Under the pieces are notes generated by a model. The model did no database searches and was not told the origin of the DNA. It saw nothing but the letters and a program-made list of their open reading frames with translations. A stretch of DNA of 62,618 nucleotides, the filler included, from Obrimoposthia wandeli (Eukaryota), in the NCBI GenBank assembly GCA_977020255.1. It is 2 parts of one record of this genome, joined end to end, with 100 filler letters (N's around TTAATTAATTAA, not from the genome) between each part and the next. Parts side by side here need not be neighbours in the genome. Positions count along the whole stretch, not along the records: positions 1 to 30,784 come from CDROCS010001659.1; positions 30,885 to 62,618 come from CDROCS010001659.1. One strand, written 5' to 3'. Below, piece after piece: positions 22,835 through 33,800 of this stretch (positions are counted from its first letter, which is position 1; the number at the start of each line of letters is the position of its first letter). The translations under genes were made by a program, and so were the position numbers.

Positions 22835-25800
22835 GTGCCATTAGGAAATGAAATTTTATTAAACGTAGGTGAAGATTCAAATATTGAAAATCTTTTAAAA
22901 TCAGAAGTGACTAAATTAGGACAGGCTAAGGTTCAATTTTGTGCAACAGTGCAGTTTAAAAATGTCAATGAGGAGACTAAAACTTGGGTAATTTCACATA
23001 AAGCAACTGTTTTCGATGATAATTTTGTAACTGAAATTGGAAGAAACCTAGATGAAAAATTGCTAATTATAGCGAGTTAAGTAGTGGATGGAATCTAGTT
23101 AGAATTCACGATGTTAGCTTTGTTCTAACAAAGTTCACTGACATGATATATCTTTCGGGGAGTTCATACATTCCTTCACCTAGATCTCTTCAACTTTCAC
23201 GTTCCATTGTTAACATACAAAACAGTGATAACCTTTGCTTTCTGTATAGCGTGTTGGCCATCCTCTAAAGGGGTGTAATTACTGAACATAGAGAGCGTGT
23301 CAGTAAATATACCCTTTTTTAAATGAATTGCAGTATCATGGAATAGATTTTCCTGTTAAATTAACTGCGATATCAAGATTTGAACATCTTAATAACTTGA
23401 GTATTAATGTATTCAAATATAATACTGATATCCCAGTTAATGTAACAGATGAAGAAATATTTAAAAATCCTTTTGTAGATGTAATTTATAGGAGCAAAAA
23501 TGAGGGGACTCAGGTCAACTTAATTTTGTTCGAACAGAATAATAAATTCCATTATGCTGCAATTCCCAGTTTAGATCGTCTTCTAAATTTAGATAATGGA
23601 GCCTTACCATAAGGTGTAAGTGGTGTCATAGATGTTTGCATGGATTCCGATCAGAGCTCTCTTACAGCAAACATCTGACATTATGTTCACTGAATCCTGA
23701 TGACAATACGCTATACAGCATGCCTAAGGATAAGGATTTAAATTCAGGGATTGGGCAAAATGCATACCCGTGGAATTCAGGGTGTTTGCAGATTTTGAGT
23801 CAATTTTAGCATTGCACGACCAGTATGAGAGTATTCACCTACCGGCTTCGGCAGGACTACTATTCTTAGGCCCCAATATTACACAGTATCATAAATTTTC
23901 CGGTCCAAATTGTATTTTAGATTTTATGTTAAAATTAGAAGAATTAGGAACAACAATTGTCAAACCGTGGTATGATCTCAATGCTCATCAAGCAATGATC
24001 ATGACAGGCAAAGACTGGGTTAATTTTAATTCTTGTAGATTATGTTATTTGTGTGGAACCCAGTCTAAGTTAGTCAGAGATCACGATCATGTTACGGGGC
24101 GATACTTGGGAGCGGCGTGCAACCTCTGTAACCTTGGCCGTCGTCTCCCTAAAAAACCACGCATTTCCATCGTGTTTCATAACCTCAAAGGATATGATTT
24201 GCATCATATACTTAAATATGCGTTGGGTACATTAAGCTCTTGGGAAATTTCTTGTATACCTCAAACTTCAGAGAAATATTTATCTTTAACTGCATATACT
24301 GAATTCTGTAGTTTAAGATTCATAGATTCTCTGCAGTTTTTGAGCGAGTCTTTAAAAAATTTAACGGCATCTTTAAATGCATGGCCAATCACACAGTCAG
24401 TGTTCTCAGCTTCGGTTAATGATAAGGGGATTTTTCCGTATAAATTTGCAAAAACCTTTGCAGATTTAGAAAATACTACAGAAATCCCACCCATAACTGA
24501 ATTTGAAAGTCAAGACTATAATGAGGCCCGTACTATTTGGACGAATAATTGTCGAAATCTTCTTGAATATATGCTTTATTATATGAAATTAGACATTTAT
24601 CTTTTAGCTGATGTTTTTGAGTCCTTTCGTGTAAAGTCTTTAGCAGAATATGGGCTAGATCCCATGCATTTCTTTAGTTTACCTGGTCTTTCATGGGCAA
24701 CAGCAATAAAAACTCTTAAAATTAATATCGAGTTACTGCAAGATCCCGTGATGTATCAAATGTATGATTATGGTATACGCAGTGGAATGACTTTTGTCAA
24801 CAAACATCATGTTGTCAAAAATCAATCCACGGAGATTCTGTACATCGACATTAATAATTTGTATGGGTGGGCGCTTACTCAACCTCTACCTCATGCCAAC
24901 TTTAAGTGGGTTTATGATGAGGAAGAGTTGAATAAGTTGAAGATAGATTTGGCTACTGTCGATACAGTTTCATCAGATATCGGCTATTTGGTTGAGGTTG
25001 ACTTAACAATCCCTCCCAATGTGCATGATAAATTAGATGATCTTCCAGTAGCGCCTGTTCATCAATGCCCACCTAATTCAAAGGTTAAGAAATTATTGTT
25101 AACCCATGAAGACAAGTTGAATTATGTTGTGCATTGGCGGCTTCTTCAATTCTACTTAAAGTTGGGAGCGAAAGTTACTCGAATTCATCGTGCTATAAGC
25201 TTCAGTCAAAACTTTGTGTTTAAAGACTATATTGAGAAGAATTCTAGAAAACATAATTTGGCCACTAGAAAATTCGAACGGGATTTTTACAAGTTAAAAA
25301 GTAATAGCCTCTTTGGAAAAACTATAAGCTTCAGTCAAAACTTTGTGTTTAAAGACTATATTGAGAAGAATTCTAGAAAACATGACTAGAAAATTCGTTT
25401 TTACAAGCCTCTTTGGAAAAACTGTAGAGGACTTGCGGAAACGTGTTTGTCTACGGTTTTGCAATGATGAGCGTAAACTAATAACATATACTAGTAAGTA
25501 CAACTTCAAGCGTAGTTTTACAATTGCAGATGACTTGGTAGCAGTGTTATTAGGAAAACAGAGTATTTGTCTCGATCGACCGAGTTATATAGGTCAAACG
25601 GTTTTAGACATTTCTAAACTCAGAATGTATGAGCTTCAATACATAGAATTGGAGAAATACCGACAAGAATTTAATTGTGAGATTAAAATCGCAGCTGGGG
25701 ACACTGACTCTTTCTTTTTAGAATGTAGGAATGTTAGTTTAAATAATCAATTATTACCAGCAATGTTTACGGACAACTTACTAGATATCCATAAATATCC

Positions 25801-26167
25801 CGCTAACCATCCTCTACACTCTATGAGTTTAAAGGATATTATCGGGAAATTTAAGGATAAAAGCGAGGGACAGGTTTCGTATGATCATTGTATTTTCCTA
25901 TGCCCTAAATGCTACAGTTTACATGCATCTAATAATACATGTTCAATGAGAGCAAAGGGTGTGGGAAGAAACAATCTTACACATGAGGCCTACCGGAAAG
26001 TTTATGATACTGGGTGTATTGAAAGCGTTGAGCAAACTAGATTTATTTCAAAAGCCCATCAACTGTATTCCCATAAATCAACAAAAATCGCTTTGAGTAG
26101 TAATGACGACAAGCGCTTTTGGGTAGAAAAGAACGCTAGCCTGGCTTATGGACACTTCCGAATTTAA
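22835..26167 (+). pseudogene. polB: Protein-primed family B DNA polymerase (pPolB) with vOTU-like, Zn-finger and endonuclease VII domains; frameshifted
   Basis: GSSYIP...IVNIQNSDNLCFLYSVLA and HYAAI (vOTU-like); CHRC...HLTLC; FADFES (Exo I); RDHDHVTGRYLGAACNLCNL (EndoVII); YIDINNLYG (motif A); YKLKSNSLFGKT (motif B); GDTDSFF (motif C). Stops, frameshifts and an internal duplication are present. Confidence 0.95.
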
Positions 26168-26433
26168 ACGGTTTTCATTTTTTGATATTTTTAGTTTAGT
26201 TTTTAAAAAACTTTAGATCCCTATGGCACCTTGACTCTAACGTTTTGTTATTTCAAAACATTTTTTAGGATGGACCTTATCTTTGCTGACAGATCTCATT
26301 GTGATGTTGTTTTTAATAAATGTATTAAAAAAAATTTCGTCTTATGTCTTTTATTATTTTACCCTTATATTTTTAAGGATTTAAAATAAATAATTCAAAA
26401 TAAAACATCAAAAATATTTATTTTTATAACACA

Positions 26434-26814
26434 CTAATCGTTTTGCAACGATAACCATAAAATACATAAATGTCCACAGTTTCTCGTCGCAGGATCCTGA
26501 TATTGTATCTTGTTGTAAAATACTCTTCTTCGTCCTTTTTGAATAGTTGAAACATGTTTGTGTGGATAATATATTGCAAGTGGATCAAATACATGGATTG
26601 TCCACTCTCTAACATAAATAGCTATCCAATGTTCTCCTGGTAAATTCGAAGTATGAGTATTGATAATGTATCCTCCAGATTGAAAAAATGGAATCATATT
26701 AATAGGATAAAGTCCATTGAATTTATCACCCAAGACCTTCTCTGCTGATTCTTGTACTTGTACTGAACTAAATAAAAATTAATAAATATAAATTTAAAAT
26801 ATGTCTTACTCCAT
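26434..26814 (-). CDS. Adenain-like (C5) cysteine protease with a 42-nt intron
   Basis: NTHTSNLPGEHWIAIY, FDPL, QYQDPATRNCGHLC. Exon 1 ATGGA (26814-26810), intron GTAAG...TTTAG (26809-26768); exon 2 is in frame with the ORF. Confidence 0.88.
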
Positions 26815-26815
26815 T

Positions 26816-28014
26816 CTATAATATGACAGTTCTGTTTTTATTGATTTGTATTTCCGAATCAAATACTCCGTAAATAAGCACCGTAGTAGGATTTGTTAAA
26901 GCTGCATTGAACTTAATTTCTAGTCGTAAATTTCCATCCTTTGGTAGTTGGCATTGGTTTATATCAAAGTCTGGTTCCAAAACAAATGTGAAGAACGGGC
27001 AGCTGTTTTTAAAGTCAGTGAAAGAAATACCATTGTTTATATTTTTATCTAGTTGACCCAAATTCCGAATAATAGATTGCGTATAAGCCAAAGCATAAGC
27101 GTTACCTTCGAAATCTGTTTTATATGTTTCGCGATAATCAGTATTTCTTGAAAGTGTCACTGAACCTACATTAAGATTGTCAAATTGAGTTGCATCTGTC
27201 GTATAATTTCCTAGATACTTTGCAGTTTTTTGAAAAGAAATTAAAATTAATTTCGGTAATCTTACATCACCAAAAATGTGATCCTTATTAAAAGCTTGTG
27301 TAAAGAATAGGATATAAGTTTAGTTTCTCTAATAGGATAACAAGCATTGTTTTTTTCCATTTCTATATTATGTGCCATTAAAACTGATTGCTCGGTTTTA
27401 ACTCTTCGGACATACAATTTTGCATCCAAAATATCAAATCTAGGTTTTAGAACGTCTGTGCTTATCAAAGAAAAATTCCATTTATTACGTTTCAAACGAA
27501 GATGTACATTAACACCGGAAATTAAATATTTCGGTTGTTCAAAGAAATTCAATCTCAAAGACCCACACATTTCGTAAGCTTTAGAACCTGCAATCCATTC
27601 TTTGCGAGTTGCGACCGTTTTATCATAACCAATGGTTGCCAAATTAGAATTTTGAGTATCAGTACTATAATTCAAAAGACTTTCAATCAAAGCTTTATGA
27701 GCATAGGAAGAATTTCCACCTTCAATTTTGACAATATTAAGAATAACAATAGCATCACTAAATAAAGAATTAAAGAGATAATTTACAGGTGTTACATCTG
27801 CATTTTCATCTAAATTAGTACCATCCCGATTTAATACTTTCATTTGAACATAAAGCAACGTATCATTCAAATCTAAATACTCGATATTGGAACCATTAAT
27901 ATTAAATTCTAAATCGGTTAAAGTGGTTCCTGAAACTGAGTTAACTAGAAATATTTCTTCAAAGAAAGCATTATCTACAACTACTTGTGGAAATGGATTT
28001 TCAAAAATACACAA
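26816..28014 (-). pseudogene. Polinton double jelly-roll major capsid protein, one frameshift near 27300
   Basis: CIFENPFPQVVVDNAFFEEIF...LEFNINGSNIEYLDLNDTLLYVQMKV...LYVRRVK; C-terminus GNLRLEIKFNAALTNPTTVLIYGVFDSEIQINKNR. The shifted frame TQAFNKDHIFGDVRLPKL links the two ORFs. Confidence 0.9.
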
Positions 28015-28031
28015 TTTGGTTTTGGCGCAAC

Positions 28032-28409
28032 TTATTTTGTAAATATTGTTTCTTCAACTTTCTTACGTGTGTTTATATTATTTTTTACTTCTTTTTTACG
28101 TTTAAATTCACTACCTTTTTGGCTTTTATTTGATTTACCATTTTTAATCAAATTAGCAACGTCAGGTAAAGCATTATCAAGTTCATCAAGTGCATGCTTC
28201 TTAAAAGTTGGTATTAGTTTATTGTCCTTAGATGAAAGGTAATCCTTTCCTAATTTTGATATAAATAGCCCGAGTCTCTTTAAAAGAGGAAAGGCAAATC
28301 TACCTAATGTTCTAAGCCAGCCAGATCCATATTGTTTACCAACAAAATATGGTAATTCTCCACCTTGTTGGCTTTGACTATAAGCTTCAATTATTGCTGG
28401 ATTCGTCAT
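28032..28409 (-). CDS. Small basic core/pX-like Polinton protein
   Basis: YFVGKQYGSGWLRTLGRFAFPLLKRLG (QxGxG plus amphipathic helix) with a Lys-rich tail; lies between the minor and major capsid genes. Confidence 0.75.
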   Translation of the reverse strand: MTNPAIIEAYSQSQQGGELPYFVGKQYGSGWLRTLGRFAFPLLKRLGLFISKLGKDYLSSKDNKLIPTFKKHALDELDNALPDVANLIKNGKSNKSQKGSEFKRKKEVKNNINTRKKVEETIFTK

Positions 28410-28414
28410 TTTGT

Positions 28415-29009
28415 TTTTTTCAATGTATTGTTAAACTTGTCTTGGCCCCGTACGTGAAATCTATTAGTTGTCCGGAATCATCTCTAATATTTACTTCAAT
28501 ATTGTTTATAGAAAAGAGAGAAACTGGAAGATACATTGGTATACACATACCGACAGCGTCCCCATATTTAGATTCATTTTTAGATATCCATATTGTTTCA
28601 AAAGTGGAACTCGCTGTCCGCCTACAAGCGTTGGTTCTATTAAATTAGTATAAATATATAAATGATTAACAGCATTTAAAAGTTTTGCCTTATTTTTAGC
28701 TTTTATGGTTTTTATTGTATGGGTTTCAAAGGTATTTCTGTTTAAACCAAGGTTTTTAGCGAGTTTATCATCAAATAAAACTCGTATTATATTGCTCTTT
28801 ACTGTAAACGTTATTTTATTATTTTTTAATGTTACACAATAATCGAAATATTCACTACATTCCTTCTGTATTAATTTACAGAAATTCACTTCACTATCTA
28901 ATTTATAATCTTTTGAAAATATTTTCTGTTCCACTACATACTTTGGTCTCGTTTCAACTAAAAACACTTTTGTTACTCTGTCAGGAATATTTTTAAACGA
29001 AAGTATCAC
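28415..29009 (-). pseudogene. Minor capsid (penton) protein, one frameshift near 28598
   Basis: LYIYTNLIEPTLVGGQRVPLLK, then in the shifted frame YLPVSLFSINNIEVNIRDDSGQLIDF...SLTIH. Confidence 0.85.
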
Positions 29010-29059
29010 TATTGTTTATATATAAAATAAAATAATACAAATAAAGACACAAAAAGTTA

Positions 29060-29449
29060 TTAGTCAACTCTAACAACATCAATTATTTTCCATATCGGAG
29101 TTTCCAATCCACTGGGCCCGATCTTGCATCCTTGAATTCTGATTGAGAGAATCCATTCTAGTTTAGGAGGAGGTCCTTCGTATATTGTTCCATTCTCATG
29201 CTTGAAAGTGGCTGTTGATTCTTTGATTACGAATTTGTTTTCCTGAAGCGCATAGTTGATTCCGAATTGAGTCAAGAGAATATTGATTCTCTCTTAATCC
29301 ACAGAAGTCAAATTTGATATTTCAAAATCAAATTTAAGCGGCTCGATGTTGACGGGAAAAATAAAAGTATAGTTATGAGCTTTCTTCAAAAAGTGCATCT
29401 CATATCCATAATATGTATGCATAGGTTGATATAGCTTTTCAAAATTCAT
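29060..29449 (-). pseudogene. Hypothetical ~130-aa beta-rich Polinton protein with one internal stop
   Basis: An in-frame ATG at 29449 (MNFEKLYQPMH...) reads through one TAA into ORF 29275-29060 (WILSIRIQGCKIGPSGLETPIWKIIDVVRVD). Confidence 0.5.
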
Positions 29450-29922
29450 ATTGACTATTATAAATTGAAATATTCAATTTTTTATCCTCTAAAGCTCAAT
29501 TCTAATTGGTCGATATTCTTGTTTATGAAAATCGATTACTCTCAATTGGTTAACATTTTTGTTTATGAAAATTGTTTAGTATTAGTCATATCCTTAAAGG
29601 GCTTTTGTTCTTCGGTTACCCATGTAGGACTTGTTATTGTTTGACTTGATGGATTAATATTTTCTCTCTGATTATTTCTATTAGAATTCATATTAGAATA
29701 TAAAAATGACTACCGGAACCTATATATGTACTAGCTCTACTTTGATTATTTTCATTATTTTCATTATTCTTTTTCAATATAATCATTATCAAAATATTGT
29801 TTATACTGCTTATTCTTAAGACAAAGACATCACATGACATTTCTTGTAAATACTAAGAATGTTACTAAAAATAGATTTTCACTTACTATATAAGCTAGAC
29901 AATTTCATCATTCAATGTTGTT

Positions 29923-30784
29923 ATGACTACTAAATTTATTGCATATTATGTTTCAGAAAATGGAGAACTCACCATTAGACGACGGCGTTTTGACAAGATT
30001 TCAAGAAGAAAGGAAGATATGATATATGAGCGACATAAATTAGATACATTACTAGCAAAGTTTACTGGTTTAGCGGATAAGAGAGCTTTAGCAAAAGCAG
30101 GATTTTACAAGCACGATGATTCGAAAGATAATGTAAAGTGTATTTACAGTCTGGGAGCAATATCGGAATGGGAATACTATCTGAAACCAATGAAGCAGCA
30201 TCAGCTATTTTTCCCAAGATGCCCGTTTGTTTTGAAAATGAATGTTTCAAACGTACCAATAATTGATTCCAGCACCAAGCAAATTGATTTTGATTCAACT
30301 CCAATGGATAAAATAGTTATTGTACGCAATAATTATTCTAATGATATTGAAATACCTACATTATCGATTTTTCCACATTTATATATTTGGAATGATTCTT
30401 ATCGATGTTGTTTCTGTCAGAAAGCAGTACCCCGACTTGAGTTTATTGATACTATTCCCGAAAGAATCTTTCATACTCGAGATTGTAAAGCATTTAGTAT
30501 GGGAATCAAGAACGGATGTATTGGGGAATATCATATTAGTAATGATGAAATTGATGCTCAGATGGAAACTCGTCAAATAGTTTTGCTGAAACGTGATTAT
30601 AGCCATGATAGAATCAAAGCCGTTTTAGTTAATAGGTTGAAAACATTCGGTAACAAATATGATTCTATATATGAGTTTATAACGGTTTTAAGATTTTTAG
30701 AAATAAAATCTGGACCAAAACATCGTATAAATTATCTCGAGTACCTCTTACCAAATCCCGAATGTGTTGTTTGCATGAGCGATG
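29923..30784 (+). CDS. Inhibitor-of-apoptosis (IAP)-like protein: BIR, degenerate BIR, UBA-like and start of RING; truncated by the gap
   Basis: ALAKAGFY...VKCIYS-x16-H-x6-C (BIR spacing; the second Cys codon is AGT); CCFC...H...C; DYSHDRIKAVLVNRLKTFGNKYDSIYEF (resembles the IAP UBA region); ECVVCMSD (RING start). TATATAAG at 29887. Confidence 0.85.
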
Positions 30785-30884
30785 NNNNNNNNNNNNNNNN
30801 NNNNNNNNNNNNNNNNNNNNNNNNNNNNTTAATTAATTAANNNNNNNNNNNNNNNNNNNNNNNNNNNNNNNNNNNNNNNNNNNN
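30785..30884. other. Artificial assembly spacer: 44 N + TTAATTAATTAA + 44 N
   Basis: Symmetric 100-nt block whose 12-mer gives stop codons in all six frames, typical of contig-joining linkers. Confidence 0.9.
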
Positions 30885-33800
30885 GAAAAACAAACACTTA
30901 TTGACTAAATGGGACGTTTTTTCAATGTATCATCTAACCAGAAGTACAATAACAGAACTGTTCCTGTACTAAATCTGAGCGTTGTATTACTTATAGATAT
31001 CTTTGATTGCATTGAGACAACAACAATAATTGACTAATTTCCCAAATTTCGAAAGTATTACAATGCATTTGACTTTGATTTTGTACGGCTTATAGTCCGA
31101 AAAATACGGAAAGTGTGATTGATTTTTTTTGTAACAAATGGTACTGAATTACAAGAAATTAGCAGATAAAACAACAAAAAAAAAGATCATGTCAAAGTTG
31201 GAACCGATCTAAATATCACCAATAGTTTTTTTAATAATACTTATTTATAATTTATTACTTTTATTTATAAGTAATATACTGATATCTAACTTAAGTTTAA
31301 CTTTTCGACAAATTGTATAAATTACTAAATGTGTTCCAATTTAAGAAAAATATGGTTAACTGAATAAATATTATTTGTTTAGATCAAAGATTGTTGCAAA
31401 ATTGTCTGAAATTTTGATAGTTCAATATTTTCAAACTTATTTTAATTGTGAGTAAATAATTTAAAGTATTCTTCTTTGCCTTATTAAAATTAAGATGCAA
31501 AAAGTAAATGAAATATGTTCTCAAAATTTTCTCAAAAAAGAGCTCAACAATGTTAAATAATAACTCTTCAAGACATTATAATAAATATAATTAATAAAAT
31601 TATTAAACTTATACCTAATATGATTTAGATATTACGTTTCTAAGATTTTCATAAACGTACGTATTTAAAAACAAGTTAGAATAAAAATTAATTTTACTTA
31701 ATGAAGTTACTTTGATGTTAAGTAAAGCTGAGAATATGTATAATCCCTCAAACATTACTGAGGTTATTTGTAATAATTGTAAAAAAAATATTATAAAAAT
31801 CTGTCAGTTTCAGCTTTGATAATTTTCTTGTTAGTTTTAATATGTTTCTTATTGAAATTTATTGAAATTTTCTTCAGGAATTTATAAATTTGAATACATT
31901 GCAATTCTTCTTAGACTTTTTGATGTTTCAATAAAAAAAATCTAGAATGATTTCTTTTCCACAATTTTACCACGATTTTTACTGTTTAGAGTCATAGGAA
32001 CAGTCATAAATCAACGAGACAAGTGACAACACTCTCTAGACAAATCAGCGGACCATAAATGATTCAACGACCTCGATTTCGGCACTAAGGTCGTCTATAT
32101 AGGCCAAACAAAGTCGTCGCACGTCAAGGCAGTCTTGTGAGTGTGTATGTGCATGTCCTCCTGTCTTGCTTTGCTCATCAGATTATACCTTGATTAATGA
32201 GATTAAGTGTGTTCTAGAAAATCACTGAGACTACAACCTACATTGGTTAGACTTAGGCTTGTCGTCAAAGAAAATGTGTCTCTGAAGATTTGGTAAAACG
32301 CTCGTAACTAAAGTCATGTGTTGAATTTCGTTCGTACCAGTCAAATTATAATGGAATTACTTAGCGCCAAAATTTAATCATTCTAACTTCACAGAGAGCG
32401 ATATTTGAAGTTAAAGCTCAACAACCCTGTTTTTAATTCTGATTTAACTGTAGTCTGTATACCGAAATGAATCAACAAATAAATTGGAGCATACACGAAA
32501 ATATAGTAATATAAGTGGCTACACTAACTAAATAAAAGTTAATTTATTTGGAAAATTGAAACTTGAAAATAATAATGAAATATTTGCTGTGTCGTAAATT
32601 GAACTGAGCATTTAATATATATATTTATTTTTTTTGTATTCAGACAAAGAACGAAAACCGTAAAAACTTTTAATTTTGAATTTATAAATGCTCCATGGCA
32701 AGTCTGTTCTCGCTTTAGAAGAGAAGGGATAATATGAGGCACCCGCTTAGTCAAGGTTACAAGGAAACACCTGATGGAGACTTTCCGGACAGATGGATAG
32801 GAAAATTTGACAAAATTATTTCACAGAAGACCCTAAAGGTCACCAAATTGATGGGAATTTACGCAAGAATTCCGTCATTTTCCGCAAAAAATATTTCAAA
32901 CTAATAATGACCGCACATTTTGCCGGCTACATTTGTGTATTGAAAAGAAGGGTTTGCAGGTGGATCATGAGAAATGAACATTTCTTGTATTGTAAATATT
33001 TGTGTCACAAAGTGTAACTAGATACTCTTTGTAACAATTTATATGTGGTGGTGACTTATGGGACACTGTCAGTAATATTTATTACAGATACAGATCCAAA
33101 TATTTGTGTTTGAACACAACTGTTTAACTTAATTTTCCAATTTAAAATCTAGCTTTAGGGTATATAAATTTTGAAATAAAGGTTTGCTAAATTGAATTTT
33201 TAAGAATTTTTCAAGTTTAAACAATCAATTGTTAGTATCAATTAGTTTTGTCTAATATCCACCTAACATTGTTTAACTTCACTGTCAGTGGACTTCGTGG
33301 GAAGGTCAATATTTACCGATTCATGCAGGAAAGCGTGGGTCACGTTTTAGATGGCGGATTCATATCCGGGTTAGATAAACTTGTGGCGGTATTTTCAAAC
33401 CAGAATATAAATTATGTCAACATAAAGTTACCAATACATTATTGAAAATTGTTTATAGTACTAAATTATTCAGAAAACATATTAGAAAAATGAATGACTG
33501 GATTAAATTTTTTAACACACAAACTATTTTTGAAACCTTCATTTTGTTATAAATCTATAATGTTCTTGGGGATTTTAAAATTAAATTACTCAATTTCGTC
33601 TGAAAAAATTAATTTGTATTAAACAAAATATTGATATTGATAGATAAAACCCACATAAAATGTTGACTATAGTTGAACAAATTCAAATTTCATTTTTGGT
33701 ACGAAATATGACATTTTTGGGCACAGAATCAGTTTAAGTTCCAGAGATAAATATGAACCAATTAAAAACCATCTGAAACAAAAACCGATAGCATCTCTTA

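Larger units (their letters stand above)
5327..30784. mobile_element. Polinton/Maverick endogenous virus, decayed, right end lost in the gap
   Basis: AGTAG-type left terminus, then pPolB, protease, major capsid, minor capsid and core-like genes in a convergent arrangement. Many frameshifts and stops. Integrase and ATPase not seen before the gap. Confidence 0.93.

Noticed and set aside
27347-28653. Plus-strand ORFs over the capsid module
   Set aside because: Antisense to the recognisable capsid, core and penton genes, with no motifs of their own.
32160-32185. Possible minus-strand hammerhead (CTGATGAG)
   Set aside because: No GAAA after stem II and no pairing stem I.
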